From Eledone cirrhosa (taxonomy: Eukaryota): a stretch of 64,000 nucleotides of DNA. Positions 14,368-27,000 of the stretch are shown piece by piece. The notes beneath the pieces were generated by a model that saw nothing but the letters and a program-made list of their open reading frames with translations, ran no database searches and was not told where the DNA came from. The position numbers and the translations under genes were made by a program. The stretch lies in assembly GCA_964016885.1 (NCBI GenBank), contig OZ024742.1, forward strand, positions 181,970,001 to 182,034,000, read 5' to 3'. How positions within the stretch are numbered: position 1 is the stretch's first letter; every line of letters starts with the position of its first letter.

Positions 14368-14475
14368 GAGTATAACCCCGACGGCAGAGCTCAAGCCGTT
14401 TCGACGGCTATTTCTGGACTAAGTTAGAATTTTTAGCCTGGTGAATAAATAGCCGAACTTGTCAAGGGGGTACTT
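14368..14475 (-). ncRNA. Type I hammerhead motif with U3-A8 core variant and long stem II
   Basis: Minus strand: aagtaccccc TTGACAA gttcggctattt...aaatagccgtc GAAA cggc-ttgagctct-gccg TC ggggttatact. Confidence 0.75.
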
Positions 14476-15321
14476 CCTTATATGGGAAGATTGTCGTTGT
14501 CAAGAGAATTGCTTAAAATGTGTTGTAAACACAAATAAGTCTATCATGGCATTTGGTGGGAGGTAGGGGTGGCTGAACTTGCCTGTAGAACAATAGGGGA
14601 GTGAGTGGAGCGGTCAGGCGTTGAAAGTGATATGTATACAGCAGATTCTAAGGATAGTGTATGAAGTGGAGGAGGGAGGTTATAGAATAGGTAAATCGAA
14701 TGAGAGTAGGATACAATAAAAGATACTAGAAATAAATAAAAAAATATATAAAATTAGATAGTGAGAAATGAATAAAAAAAATCACAATGCTATCGTACAA
14801 TTACAGGTTAATAAGTTGAGAATAGAAAATCTTGTAGAAATTACAAAACTGATACAAAATTAAAGGGGTTTAACACATCTGCTATAAGTAGTTAGTAAAA
14901 CGTATTAGGCCAATTCTATCTTAAAATTACAGGGTTGGGGGAACTGATGCTACAGAGGCCCGATGGGCTGCATCGGGGTAGGCGAAAGGGGAAAAGCAGA
15001 CGAGGAAGAAAATAGGGGTGGAAGGAAGTGATAGGATGAGACAGTGGGAAGAAGACAAAGATGAAAAGAAAATATATACATCTACCTGTAAGCTGGGGCA
15101 AGTAGGGGGGGGGGATATCAGCCCTTGTCTACCCACCCGGATCGTTATGGGGTTTGAGGGCGAGATAAGTCCTACGCAATCTGTGTTTGCATGTGGTTAC
15201 CAATTCGTCTTTCTTGTTTAGGAGTTTGACCTTTGAAAACAGCAATTGTAATGTTTCCTCCGTGCATAAGTTACACGGACGGCGTCCTACCGTGTAAGAG
15301 TTAGCTCTGGATAGTAAGCTC

Positions 15322-17400
15322 CAATTGAAAATCGACCTTTTTGCGAAAAGACTAAGATGGAGAACTTTTTTCTACGATAGATACCGCGACAATCAGGACT
15401 TCGACACCAATGAGAGATTCGGATTCAATACCTACAAATTTCCCCCTCCGAACCCTATGCTCTCTCACCCTTCGAGAACGACCTTTCCACCTGGTCAAGA
15501 GCATTAAATTCAAACCCAGACACAACAGATTCCTACAAAAACTCCGTAGCAAAATAACAGAGTATGAAAACACCAACGACATCATGGTGCACTCGGACAA
15601 AACTGAAAACCTCTACTTCGTCAACCCTGACAAATACCACACACTGGTCAGCAGCAGCTTAAACTCGACCTATAAAAAGACTAACCATTCAATTATCGAG
15701 GACATAAATCGAGATGCACAACAAATTACCTCCAGCCTCGGGGTCGCCGACCGCACTGAACCCCTAGACCCACGGACTCCCTACATCACACTGAAGGACC
15801 ACAAATCCGACTTCGACCGCAAACCATCCATTAGGCTTATAAACCCAACGAAGTCGGACATAGGGAGAATCAGTAAAAAGATCTTAGACCGAGTTATACC
15901 AAAAGTTAAGCAAAACGTGAGACTTAGCCTATGGGTTAGCACCCAGGAAGTAATCTCATGGTTCAAGAATATGGAGGACAAACGAGACACGAAATTCATC
16001 CAGTTTGACATAGAGAGTTACTATGCATCTATTACCTTACCGCTCCTTACGGCCGCCTTGGACTTTGCCGAAACACTCACACCTATCACTGACCAGGAAA
16101 GAAATATCATTCTCCACGCCAGAAAGACAGTCCTACTTTTCGACAACTCCAAGTGGATAAAGAGAGCTCTCGACTCCCCCTTCGACATCAGTATGGGCGC
16201 GACGGATTCGGCCGAGGTCACAGATCTTATAGGATTATTCCTACTATTTAAACTCACCGAAATGTTTCCTGCATTCGGCGGTGGATTGTACCGGGATGAT
16301 GGGCTCCTCACCCTCAAAGGGTACAACCCCAGTAGTACATACCGGGTCCGTAAACAACTAATCAACTTCTTCCGGGACTGGGGATTTAAAATCACCCTAC
16401 AAACGTCCCTAACCCGAGTCAATTTCCTGGACGTTACCCTTAACCTCGAAAATGATCTGTACTACCCATACAGGAAACCAAACGACAACCTGCACTACAT
16501 CCACCGCCGCACTAACCATCCTAGAAACATCACCAATAACCTGGTTAAAAACATCTCCCTCCGCATATCTCGTTTGTCCGGTAATGAGCAGATATTCGAC
16601 GAACACGCGCCTCATTACAACCAGGCCCCCAAGCAGAGTGGCTTCCGGGAGGAAATATCCTTTTATCCAGCTTCCCTTAGCGGAACCAGCAGGCGACACC
16701 ACCGCTCACGCAACGTAATGTGGTCCAATCCTCCCCATAATGCCGAAGTGGAAACACCTATCGGGAAAATCTTCTTTATACTCCTCGAAAAACACTTCCC
16801 ACTACAACACCGCTACCACAACATAGTCAACAAAAACACCATCAAACTCTCCTACAGCGCCACATCTAACTTCGCACAAAACATCGTCTCCTCAAACAAC
16901 AAAAAACTCAACCCCTATGGAAGAAATAACCTAGACATCAGTGGAGAACCGACCAGGAGGTGTAACTGCCCTGATAGATCTACGTGCCCCTTCAACAACA
17001 AATGCTGAGAACGTAACGTGATCTACTAGTGCAACGTGAGGACGGACACCTCCAACAAAGCTTACATAGGATTAATCGCGTGTGACTTCAAGATCTGGCT
17101 CTACCAACACCGACATACTTTCCGAAACCGGGTCCGGTGACATGCCACTACGTTTTCGGGCCACATCTGGGACCTCCAAGATAATAATATAACCTACAAT
17201 CTCACTTGGAGCTTACTGTCCAGAGCTAACTCTTACACGGGAGGACGCCGTCCGTGTAACTTATACTCGGAGGAAACATTACAAATGTTGTTTTCGGAGG
17301 ACCAACTCCTAAACAAGAAAGACGAACTGGTAACCGCATGCAACACAGATTGCGTAGGACTTACCTCGCCCTCAAACCCCATAACGACCCGGGTGGGTAG
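15322..17400 (+). pseudogene. PLE reverse transcriptase plus GIY-YIG endonuclease, 5'-truncated and disrupted
   Basis: KRLRWRTFF N-terminal region (frameshift near 15465); 532-aa ORF with FIQFDIESYY, LYRDDGL, FLDVTLNL, YRKPND; CNC..CP..C; read-through gives VIY..AYIGL..FK..H..HIW..W..CNL..LNKKDE; stops at 17006, 17027, 17138. Confidence 0.9.
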
Positions 17401-18080
17401 ACAAGGGCTGATACCCCCCTCCCACTTGCCGAATAAGTGAGCGAAAAACCCAGCTTACATAGGTAGATGTATCTCTTTTCTTTTCTTCTTTGTCTTCTTA
17501 TTCCCCCCTGTCTCATCCTATCACTTCCTTCCACCCCCTATTTTCTTCTTCGTCTGCGTTTCCCTTTTCGCCTACCCCGATGCAGCCCATCGGGCCTCTG
17601 TAGCATCAGTTCCCCCACCCCTGTAATTTTAAGACAGAATTTGCCTAATACGTTTTACTAACTACTTATAGCAGATGTGTTAAACCCCCTTAATTTTGTA
17701 TCAGTTTTGTAATTTCTGCAAGTTTTTTCTATTCTCAACTTATTAACCTGTAATTGTAAGATAGCATTATGATTTTTTTTATTCATTTCTCAATATCTAA
17801 TTTCATATATTTTTTTTTATTTCTTTCTAGTATCTTTTATTGTCTCCTACTCTAATTCGATTTACCTATTCTATAACCTCCCTCCTCCACTTCATACACT
17901 ATCCTTAGAATCTGCTGTATACATATCACTTTCAACGCCTGACCGCTCCACTCACTCCCCTATTTTGCTCCATGCAAGTTCAGCCACCCCTACCTCCCAC
18001 CAAATGCCATGATAGACTTATTTGTGTTTACAACAAATTTTAAGCAATTCTCTTGACAACTACAATCTTCCCATATAAGG

Positions 18081-18188
18081 AAGTACCCCCTTGACAAGTT
18101 CGGCTATTTATTCACCAGGCTAAACATTCTAATTTAGTCCAGAAATAGCCGTCAAAACAGCTTGAGCTCTGCCGTCGGGGTCATACTT
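18081..18188 (+). ncRNA. Hammerhead motif in the right pLTR arm (G12 mutated, probably inactive)
   Basis: aagtaccccc TTGACAA ... aaatagccgtc AAAA cagc...gccg TC ggggtcatactt. Confidence 0.65.
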
Positions 18189-18192
18189 TTTT

Positions 18193-18230
<38 letters not shown>

Positions 18231-18289
18231 CATTTTTGAAAACAAGCGAAACCAAATATCCGAGTTATGTTCGTATTTCGGCAGGGTCG

Positions 18290-18348
<59 letters not shown>

Positions 18349-18380
18349 ACCACCACAAAAAAATGTGACAAACAAACTAA

Positions 18381-18452
<72 letters not shown>

Positions 18453-18898
18453 CATATACACACTCATACATACACACACATACTCTCTAAAACCATATTC
18501 CTAAAATAGAATTTCTTTTGACAATTCCATTTTGCCTCTCTCCCCTATAGCATCTGAACTCTGGACCAATCCTTTAATATATTTTTAGACTATTCCTAAA
18601 AGTAATGTTATTCTGTGAAAAGACACAACTAACAACCCTACTTCTACGATTACTACTATGACTAGTTCTCTCTGTGTATATAAGGTTCCATTTTAGACCA
18701 AGTCTTCGCAACAAGAAAGATGAACAGACCTTTCAACACTAATTTTAAATTTTAAATTTGTTATTCTTTTTAATTCTTTTTCATTGTAATATTTAACTTT
18801 TGATAAGATGGTTTACACTGATACATCGAAACCCGTTATATTTTATATATATTATAAAACTCATTTAAAAGAAAAAGAATTATTCCCCTCATTTTTTC

Positions 18899-19079
18899 AA
18901 TAATTGTTTCTACTTTTTGGCACAAGGCCAGCAATTACTGGTATTTTATTTTATCGTCCCCGTAACGATGAAAGGCAAAGTTAACTTCGTCGGGATTTGA
19001 ACTCAGAATGGAAAGGGCCATAACTCTATGCGTCAAAGCATGGCGTCCGACCCTCTACCGATACTGCCAATCCACCGCC
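18899..19079 (-). mobile_element. tRNA-derived SINE (family A)
   Basis: Reverse complement of the 56774-56956 copy. Confidence 0.8.
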
Positions 19080-19659
19080 TTTTGTCAAATAAGCAATCAC
19101 TTCATAAAATCTTCATTCCAAGCCTGTTAATCGATCTGCTTCAGTTACGATTGTCAGATTTTCTGACAGCGGAAGAGCTTGCTCATGAAAGTAATGTGTT
19201 ATATTTTTTCAATAATGTCACTTTCACGAATCAAAGAAGTTAAAAAGAAAAAACAGATCCTTAAATATATTTTCCGTGCTATTTCCAATTCCACTTCTTT
19301 CTCTATAATCCCATATATATATATATGGGCTCGTAACTTCTGATGGAGTCGTATGAGTACCGCCTTGACATACAACATTTCTTGGATATTTTAAAACCTG
19401 CCATAGCTCATCTCTTCTCGAGGTTTGAAGATAACAGATTTCTTCTAGAGAAGGATAGAGGGCGATAGAGGGAAAGTGAGAAAGAAATATAGCAGAAGAA
19501 TCGTCCGCAGTACTAGATTGGTACTTTTTGTCATCGCCCACGAAATGATGAAAAGCAAAGCAAAGGTGACGTCAGCGGAATTTGAACAATTCGTCCCCAT
19601 ACACACACACAGAGACACATACATATAGAGAGATATACATTTATATGTATATATTTATG

Positions 19660-19715
<56 letters not shown>

Positions 19716-19724
19716 ATATATATA

Positions 19725-19897
19725 TAGGAACGAGTAGGACCCCGACGGCTGAGCTCAAGCCGTTTCGATGGCTAATTCTGGACAGCTAGTTTAGACTCGT
19801 TCCTATAGACTAGTTCCTATTACCCACTCTACTACCCTAAGTATTGAGTACTTTGGTGCGTTATGGTCCATCTGGTTCCTTGCCACATTTCCTTCGT

Positions 19898-19898
<1 letters not shown>
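19725..19898. mobile_element. Naiad-end mini-element
   Basis: taggaacgagtaggaccccgacggctgagctcaagccgtttcg..., short rearranged junction, then the tail; TA flanks. Confidence 0.85.
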
Positions 19899-19929
<31 letters not shown>

Positions 19930-19963
19930 CACACACACAAACACACACACGCACCACACACAC

Positions 19964-20049
<86 letters not shown>

Positions 20050-20495
20050 ATGTACATATGTATTTATACTTATGTATACACGTGTAAACATATATGTATA
20101 CATTCACGCACACAAACCTATTAGAATTTACTATATAGATCTTCTTACTATCTCTCCCCACAAATCTGAATATTTGTGGTGACGTTTATGGATAATCAAT
20201 GTCTGGATTAAAGATGTTTGGAGCCTGAGTGGAATGTAAAACGTTTAATTATTTCTCTCGTATACAATGCCGTAACGACACCATATTACAGACAAATATA
20301 TAACAAACAAAACTGCCTATGAATGTATCTTCATGAATGTCTGTATACACACACACACACACGTGTGTGTGTGTGTTTGTGTGTGTATGTGTATACGATA
20401 GGGGCCGCTACGAAGGCATATATGATATGTTTATATAAAATAAACATAGACGAAGAGTTTAACTTTGAATGTTTTACTCTGTATTAAAATAACAG

Positions 20496-21048
<553 letters not shown>

Positions 21049-21208
21049 ATGCTTTGGGAGGGTCATGTTGCCAATAAGAAACACACGCACCAGTTACTTT
21101 CACTCCGATTTATTATAAATTAAATTTATAAATTTATAAATTTAAGAATTTAAGAATTTATAAATTTCCGGTCGGTTGGTTCCACAACCGGGCAGTTGTT
21201 CATATATT

Positions 21209-21251
21209 GTCAAAGTTCTTTCGTCACACATTCTGTGACCTCTTCAGTGAC
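21209..21251 (-). ncRNA. Minimal hammerhead-like motif (plus-strand copy at 22279-22321)
   Basis: Minus strand: gtca CTGAAGA g-gtcac-agaatgt-gtgac GAAA gaac TT tgac; very short stem III. Confidence 0.6.
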
Positions 21252-21603
21252 TGGGGATTATTTTCTTTGTTTTTGTGCCTCTCCTTTGTTCTGTCCTACG
21301 CCATCTTGATTTTGTGTGTGTTGTGTGCTTAGTTTGCGCATGTGTTACATCCGGGTGTCTCTGTGTGTTTATATTTGTTTATTTATTTGTTTATTTACAT
21401 GTTACTGGTTGGTTGTTTGTTCTATGTGTGTGTTTTCATGTTGTCCTTAATTGTAAGTTATGATGTTGCTATTCCATTCATGTTTTTCTATTTAATTTTG
21501 GTTGGAGTTCATTTATGTTTATTGCCTCTGTGTTACCCTTATGTTCTATTTTAGTATGTTGGTGGAGTACAGATGATTCTTTTCTATCTTGAAGCTCTCG
21601 CCA

Positions 21604-22091
21604 GAAGGGCCCCAGATAAACATAAACCCAATATTAAGATAGTAGAAAGACCAGGTACCTCCATAAAAACACTTATTAGCAATACATACCCTTTTCAAAG
21701 ACCTTCCTGTATAGATAAGAAATGTATAATCTGTAAACCAAGCCCCCATATTAACTGTAAAAGTAGAAATGTAGTATATAGCATAAGATGTACTGAAGGA
21801 CAATGTAGAGATAAGAATATAGTGTACATAGGTGAGACAGCTCGTAGTATAGGAGAACGGAAAAATGAACATTGGCGAGAGCTTCAAGATAGAATAGAAT
21901 CATCTGTACTCCACCAACATGCTAAAATAAAACATAAGGATAAATTAGAGAACATAGAAATAAAAATAGAATCTACACACAGAAAAGACGCAATGTTTAG
22001 ACAAATCACAGAGGCAATAAACATAAATGAACTCCAACCAAAATTAAATAGAAAACATGAATGGAATAGCAACATCACAATTTACAATTAA
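21604..22091 (+). CDS. GIY-YIG endonuclease domain of a PLE (partial, 5'-truncated)
   Basis: IKIVERPG..C..C..C..C..NVVYSIRC..C..VYIGETARS..R.NEH..S.L.QH..H..RQITEAINI..LNRKHEW; the ORF-track start at 21573 lies in the inverted arm. Confidence 0.85.
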
Positions 22092-22545
22092 GGACAAAAT
22101 GAAAACACACACACACATAGAACAAGCAACCAACCAGTAACATGTAAATAAACAAATATAAACACACACAGACACCCGGATGTAACACATGCGCAAACTA
22201 AGCACACAACACACACAAAAACAAGATGGCGTAGGACAGAACAAAGGAGAGGCACAAGAACAAAGAAAAGAATCCCCAGTCACTGAAGAGGCCAAAGAAT
22301 GTGTGACGAAAGAACTTTGACAATATATGAACAACCGTCCGGTTGTGGAACCAACCAACCGGAAATTTATAAATTCGTAAATTCTTAAATTTATAAATTT
22401 ATAAATTTAATTTATAATAAATTGGAGTGAAAGCAACTGGTGCGTGTGTTTCTTATTGGCAACATGATCCTCCCAAAGCATAACAATATCGGCTTCAACA
22501 CACGTTTTCAGATAAAGAATCTCTTGCTAAACAAATTCAGAAACG

Positions 22546-22603
<58 letters not shown>

Positions 22604-22611
<8 letters not shown>

Positions 22612-23017
22612 AGATCAAAAGATGGTTAAAGGAGTTCCATATATTTTATTATGCGCATTTCAAAAACAAACATCATCATGCAATAATATTTGTGTTTTCA
22701 TCAGATAAAACAGGAGAACATGATATGAAGGCTAAAAAACACTTGTGGATAGTGCAGTTTTATATGTTGATTTAAAACTGCACTATCCACAAGTGTTTTT
22801 TAGCCTTCATATCATGTTCTCCTGTTTTATCTGATGAAAACACAAATATTATTGCATGATGATGTTTGTTTTTGAAATGCGCATAATAAAATATATGGAA
22901 CTCCTTTAACCATCTTTTGATCTTATATTATGCATACTCCAGTCCCACAAACTGTAGAGTGCTTCTTATCCGATATCTGCATTGCTTTATTGTACTACAA
23001 TAAAACTCACCTCCTAC
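22604..23017. mobile_element. Perfect palindromic HHR element with one-sided tail
   Basis: 159-bp arms 22604-22762 / 22773-22931, apparently identical; tail 22932-23017; (TA)n on both sides. Confidence 0.9.
22823..22893 (+). ncRNA. Minimal type I hammerhead motif (mirror copy on minus strand at 22642-22712)
   Basis: tgttttat CTGATGA aaacacaaatattat-tgc-atgatgatgtttgttttt GAAA T-GCGC-A TA ataaaata. Confidence 0.85.
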
Positions 23018-23055
23018 ATATATATATATATATATGTATGTATATATATAAAATA

Positions 23056-23111
<56 letters not shown>

Positions 23112-23182
23112 TATAGATATATATATGTATACACGTGTATACATAAGTATAAATACATATATACATACACACATATATATAT

Positions 23183-23257
23183 GTTCGGATTTAGCTGTCG
23201 AAACGGCCGTAGCTCAGCCATGGGGGTCCTGACTCTTTTCCTATTACCCACACTACT
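23183..23257 (+). mobile_element. Partial Naiad-end mini-element (3' half of HHR)
   Basis: tagctgtcGAAAcggccgtagctcagcc...ggggtcctgactcttttcctattaccc, similar to 4280-4350. Confidence 0.7.
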
Positions 23258-24002
23258 ATATATATGTATACGTGTGTGTGTGTGTGTCTCTCTCTCTCTC
23301 TCTCTCTCTGTGCATATATACGTGTATGTATGTATGTATGTATGTATGTATGTATGTATGTATGTATGTGTGTCTGTGTGTCTGTGTGCGTGTGTAATCA
23401 CGTGTGATTAAGAATACGGTGCCGATATTTTGAAATAGAATTAGAACCTTTCATCTTATTTTTACTACAAAAATAGTGTTGCAACAGGGCATACGAAACG
23501 CCGTGATGGAAAAAATAGACATTAGAACTCATGGAATTCGAGCCCATAACCTCTTATTGTCGGGATGCATGCGGTTGGCTGATTATACAAGCATACTCAT
23601 TAAATGTTTCTCAGTTAAATTTAGAAGCTATAAAGTTACTAACGGTACATATGTAAGTACAGTGACGATTGAAAATTTCGAAACTAGAATTAGAAGATAT
23701 CTTTCTCCATTATGGGGGTTCATATGCAAATATATATATATATAGAGAGAGAGATAGATAGATAGATAGATAAATTTCTATTTATTTGCCACGAGGGCAC
23801 AAAAGAAGGGGACATTTACACAGTGGGGGAGTTTACATAAATCGAGTAAAGAAAAAGGAATAACAATAATAATATAACAATAAAAAGTCCTCAAAAGGGA
23901 GGGGCGTGTTGGGGATTGCACATACCCCCGAAAAGTGTGCAACTCTTTTCGCGGGGGAAGCCCAGAGAGGAGGCGCTCCCCCTTTCCTCTTCACTTCTTC
24001 AC

Positions 24003-27000
24003 CTACAGAACAATGTAGAGAGAAGGCCCATTTACACGGGCCATTCTCGCTTCTTTCACCCACCTTTCATAAAACTGTCTGGGACCAAGCACTTCTCTCT
24101 CCATCCTGATTCTTCTTCCGAAGTGGTATCGGAAGAAGTAAACCAGGTGATGGCCGGAGAGAAAGTCACCCGACCTCAGACCTTTCAGGCGCGTCCACCA
24201 CACAACCTCTTTCATCATGGCTATTACGCACAGAAAGACCGCCTCTGCTTCATTTCTGAAGGGAGGAGGCGGCTTGATGTTTACCACAGACTCGGCGGTT
24301 AATCGAATCGGCGCCACACGCGACAGCAGTCGTTCGACGTAGCCCCACAGATCGGCAACGCCCGGGCAGTGTACCAGTGCATGCGCAACGGTTTCCTCGT
24401 CGCGCACGCATCTGGGACAGATCTTTTTCGCGGGATCCCTGCCCGGGCGCCCGTGTCTGTAGAGCTTTTCTCGAACGGGCAGAGCCCCCCGGTAACACTG
24501 CCAGGCTAGGGACCTCTGGAAGTTGTCCATGGGTCCCGGGCCGAAAGTTCTACCGAACAGGCTGGCCAGTTCGTCCTCCTCCATGCCTAGCGACTCTCCA
24601 AGGGTGTCGTCGCCCCTGCTAGCCACCAACCCTCTATAGAATGTCGAGGTGGATTCTCCACTGACAGTCGGGTCCGCTTGCCAGATAGCCGTGAGCGCCT
24701 GGGCACACTCAGTGTGCCAGTTGCCCAGTTTTCTCGGTCTTTGCTTCACCCAGGATTGCAGTTCGGTGAGCGAGACGAGCTGTGGGAAGGCTCGCCTCAC
24801 AAACGGGGCCCACACCGGCTGACCGTTGAGGAATACCTGTAGATGCCGTAGCCTCAATGCGTGCCTACGCATCAACAGCCACGGCATACCCAGCCCTCCT
24901 TTCGAAGGGTGCTGGCAGCAGATGGATCTCCTCACCATGGGAGGCCGCTTCTTCCAGAGGAACTGGAAGAGCATGCGTTCCATGATGGTGAGCTTTTCCT
25001 TGGGGCAAGGCACGACGGTCAGGCGGTAGTAGATGACGGACGCTATGTAAGCGTTCGTCACCTCCGCCCGACCTTTCAGTGATAGTTTGCACTTGGCCCA
25101 CTTCTGGGTCAGCGCAAACACCCTGCTCGTCACCTCGCCCCAATTCTTCTCCACCTGGAGGTCCGGTCCGAACCAGACCCCGAGCAGCTTCACCGGGCCC
25201 TCCGTCCACCGCCCGACGACACCGTCTAACGGCATCGGTTTGCCCCTCCACGTTCCGAGTTGCAAACCGACTGACTTGTCCTGGTTCAGCTTAGCCCCCG
25301 TCAGCCTTTCGTATTCCTCCAGTAGGGTGGCGATCGCTCCGATTTCCGAGGCGTCCGCCACCATTACTGTTACGTCGTCGGCATAGGCCGAGACCGCTTT
25401 GTGCAATCCCGGTTCCAGGGGTATGCCCCGCAGCAACTCCAACTTCCGCAGCAGTGGCTCGAGAGTCAATACGTACAGAAGGGAGGAGAGGGGGCACCCC
25501 TGTCTGATGGATCGGGTGATTTGAAACGGCTCCGAGAGGTAGCCGTTTACTTTAATCCTAGAGTAGATGTTGCCACTGTGCATGGCAGAAATCCAGCCCC
25601 TGAAAACGGGTCCGAAGCCCGCCGCCGCTAGCACCGCATCCAGGTAACCATGGTCGACCCTATCGAACGCCTTAGATTGATCCAAGTTGATCAGGGCCCC
25701 ACCAAAGCCGGGTTCGTAGCCAACCCTCTCTATGATGTATCGCATGAGGTGGAGGTTGTCGTGAATGGACCTGGACGGGATAGCGCATGTCTGCGCGTCT
25801 CCCACCAAACCACCCACCACAAGCGCCAACCTCTTCGCCAACACCTTGGCCAAAATCTGTAACTCTGCATTCAGCAGAGTTATGGGCCTAAAGTTACTTA
25901 AGTCGTCCCCCTTGCTCTCGTCCTTCCTCACTAGCGTGACCACGCCCTTGGTCACAGAACAGGGAATTCTCCCGTTCTGTTGCCAGTTGCAATAGACAGC
26001 CTCGAGGAGTTCGGAGAACAAGACCGGCATAGCTAAATAAAGTTCGTATGGTAGACCATCGAGACCCGGGGATTTGCGTCTGCTGCATTGGCTGAGCGCT
26101 TCCCCGATTTCAGTGGCTGTGATTGGCCCTTCGCAGCACTCCGCTTCGCCGCTCGAAAGACGCGGTAGACCGTCGAGGTATGGACCGAAGTCCACATCCC
26201 CGTCTGGCCCCCCGCCACCTCCGAACAGTCGAGCAAAGTGCCTTTGAAAGGTCTCGCACATTCGCTCAGGTTCAAGGATCACCAGTCCATCCTGGTCTCG
26301 CAAAGACCGAATGGTGGATTTAATCCCACTCTTGGCTTCTGTCACGCGGGCCCAGCTAACAGCTTTGGTCCCCTCGTTTCCTAAAGCACGTATTTTACTT
26401 CGGACAACGCAGCCTTCGTGCTTCGCGTCAAAGAACTGGCTCAATGCCGTTCTCGTCGCTAACACTCTGGCTACGTCTCCGCTCCTAATCGCCTCTTCTA
26501 GTTTATCTGTTAACTCCCTTTCCCTCCTATTTCTATTCGCCGCTAGTTCCTTACTGTAACCTATCGAACTTACTCTAATCTCTCTCTTTAGAGATATCCA
26601 CCACCTACTGTTGACGATCGCTCCCGTCAACCGCATCTTAACTAAGCTACTAATCCGGTTTCTGTAATCTTTCTTTGTCGGTAAGGACAAGTTCATCTTC
26701 CAGTAACCGGGACCCTGTCTATGCGTTCTATCAAGGTTGACCACGCAGGTCACTAATTTGTGATCTGAATAGCCAACCATGATCAGTTCTGGACAACTAA
26801 ATACGTCCCTATCCTTACTCCTAACCAAAAACCTATCTAGGTACGATCTAGATTGTCCACTGCGGTTTGCCCAGGTCCAGGTTGGCGCAGTTGGACAATC
26901 TAGTCGAAATCTATCGACCAGGTCGAATCGATCGAGTAACCCCTTGAGGCTGCTACACCCCCCTCTATCGGGACATGCCCCTGCATAGTCCCAACGCGCA

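Larger units (their letters stand above)
14281..18197 (+). mobile_element. Penelope-like retroelement (Naiad-like) with inverted pLTR arms, inserted in (TA)n
   Basis: Inverted arms ~14359-15324 and 17206-18197; extra 78-bp tail 14281-14358 on the left arm; RT and GIY-YIG coding region between; TA arrays on both sides. Confidence 0.9.

Noticed and set aside
17006-17008. In-frame TGA as selenocysteine (some Naiad PLEs are reported to encode Sec)
   Set aside because: The TGA follows a conserved Cys rather than replacing it, and a TAG (17027), another TGA (17138) and frameshifts indicate ordinary decay; no SECIS was identified.
18795-18845. Possible hammerhead TTGATAA gatg...catc GAAA cccgtta
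   Set aside because: Stem II forms but no convincing stem I; at best a decayed remnant.
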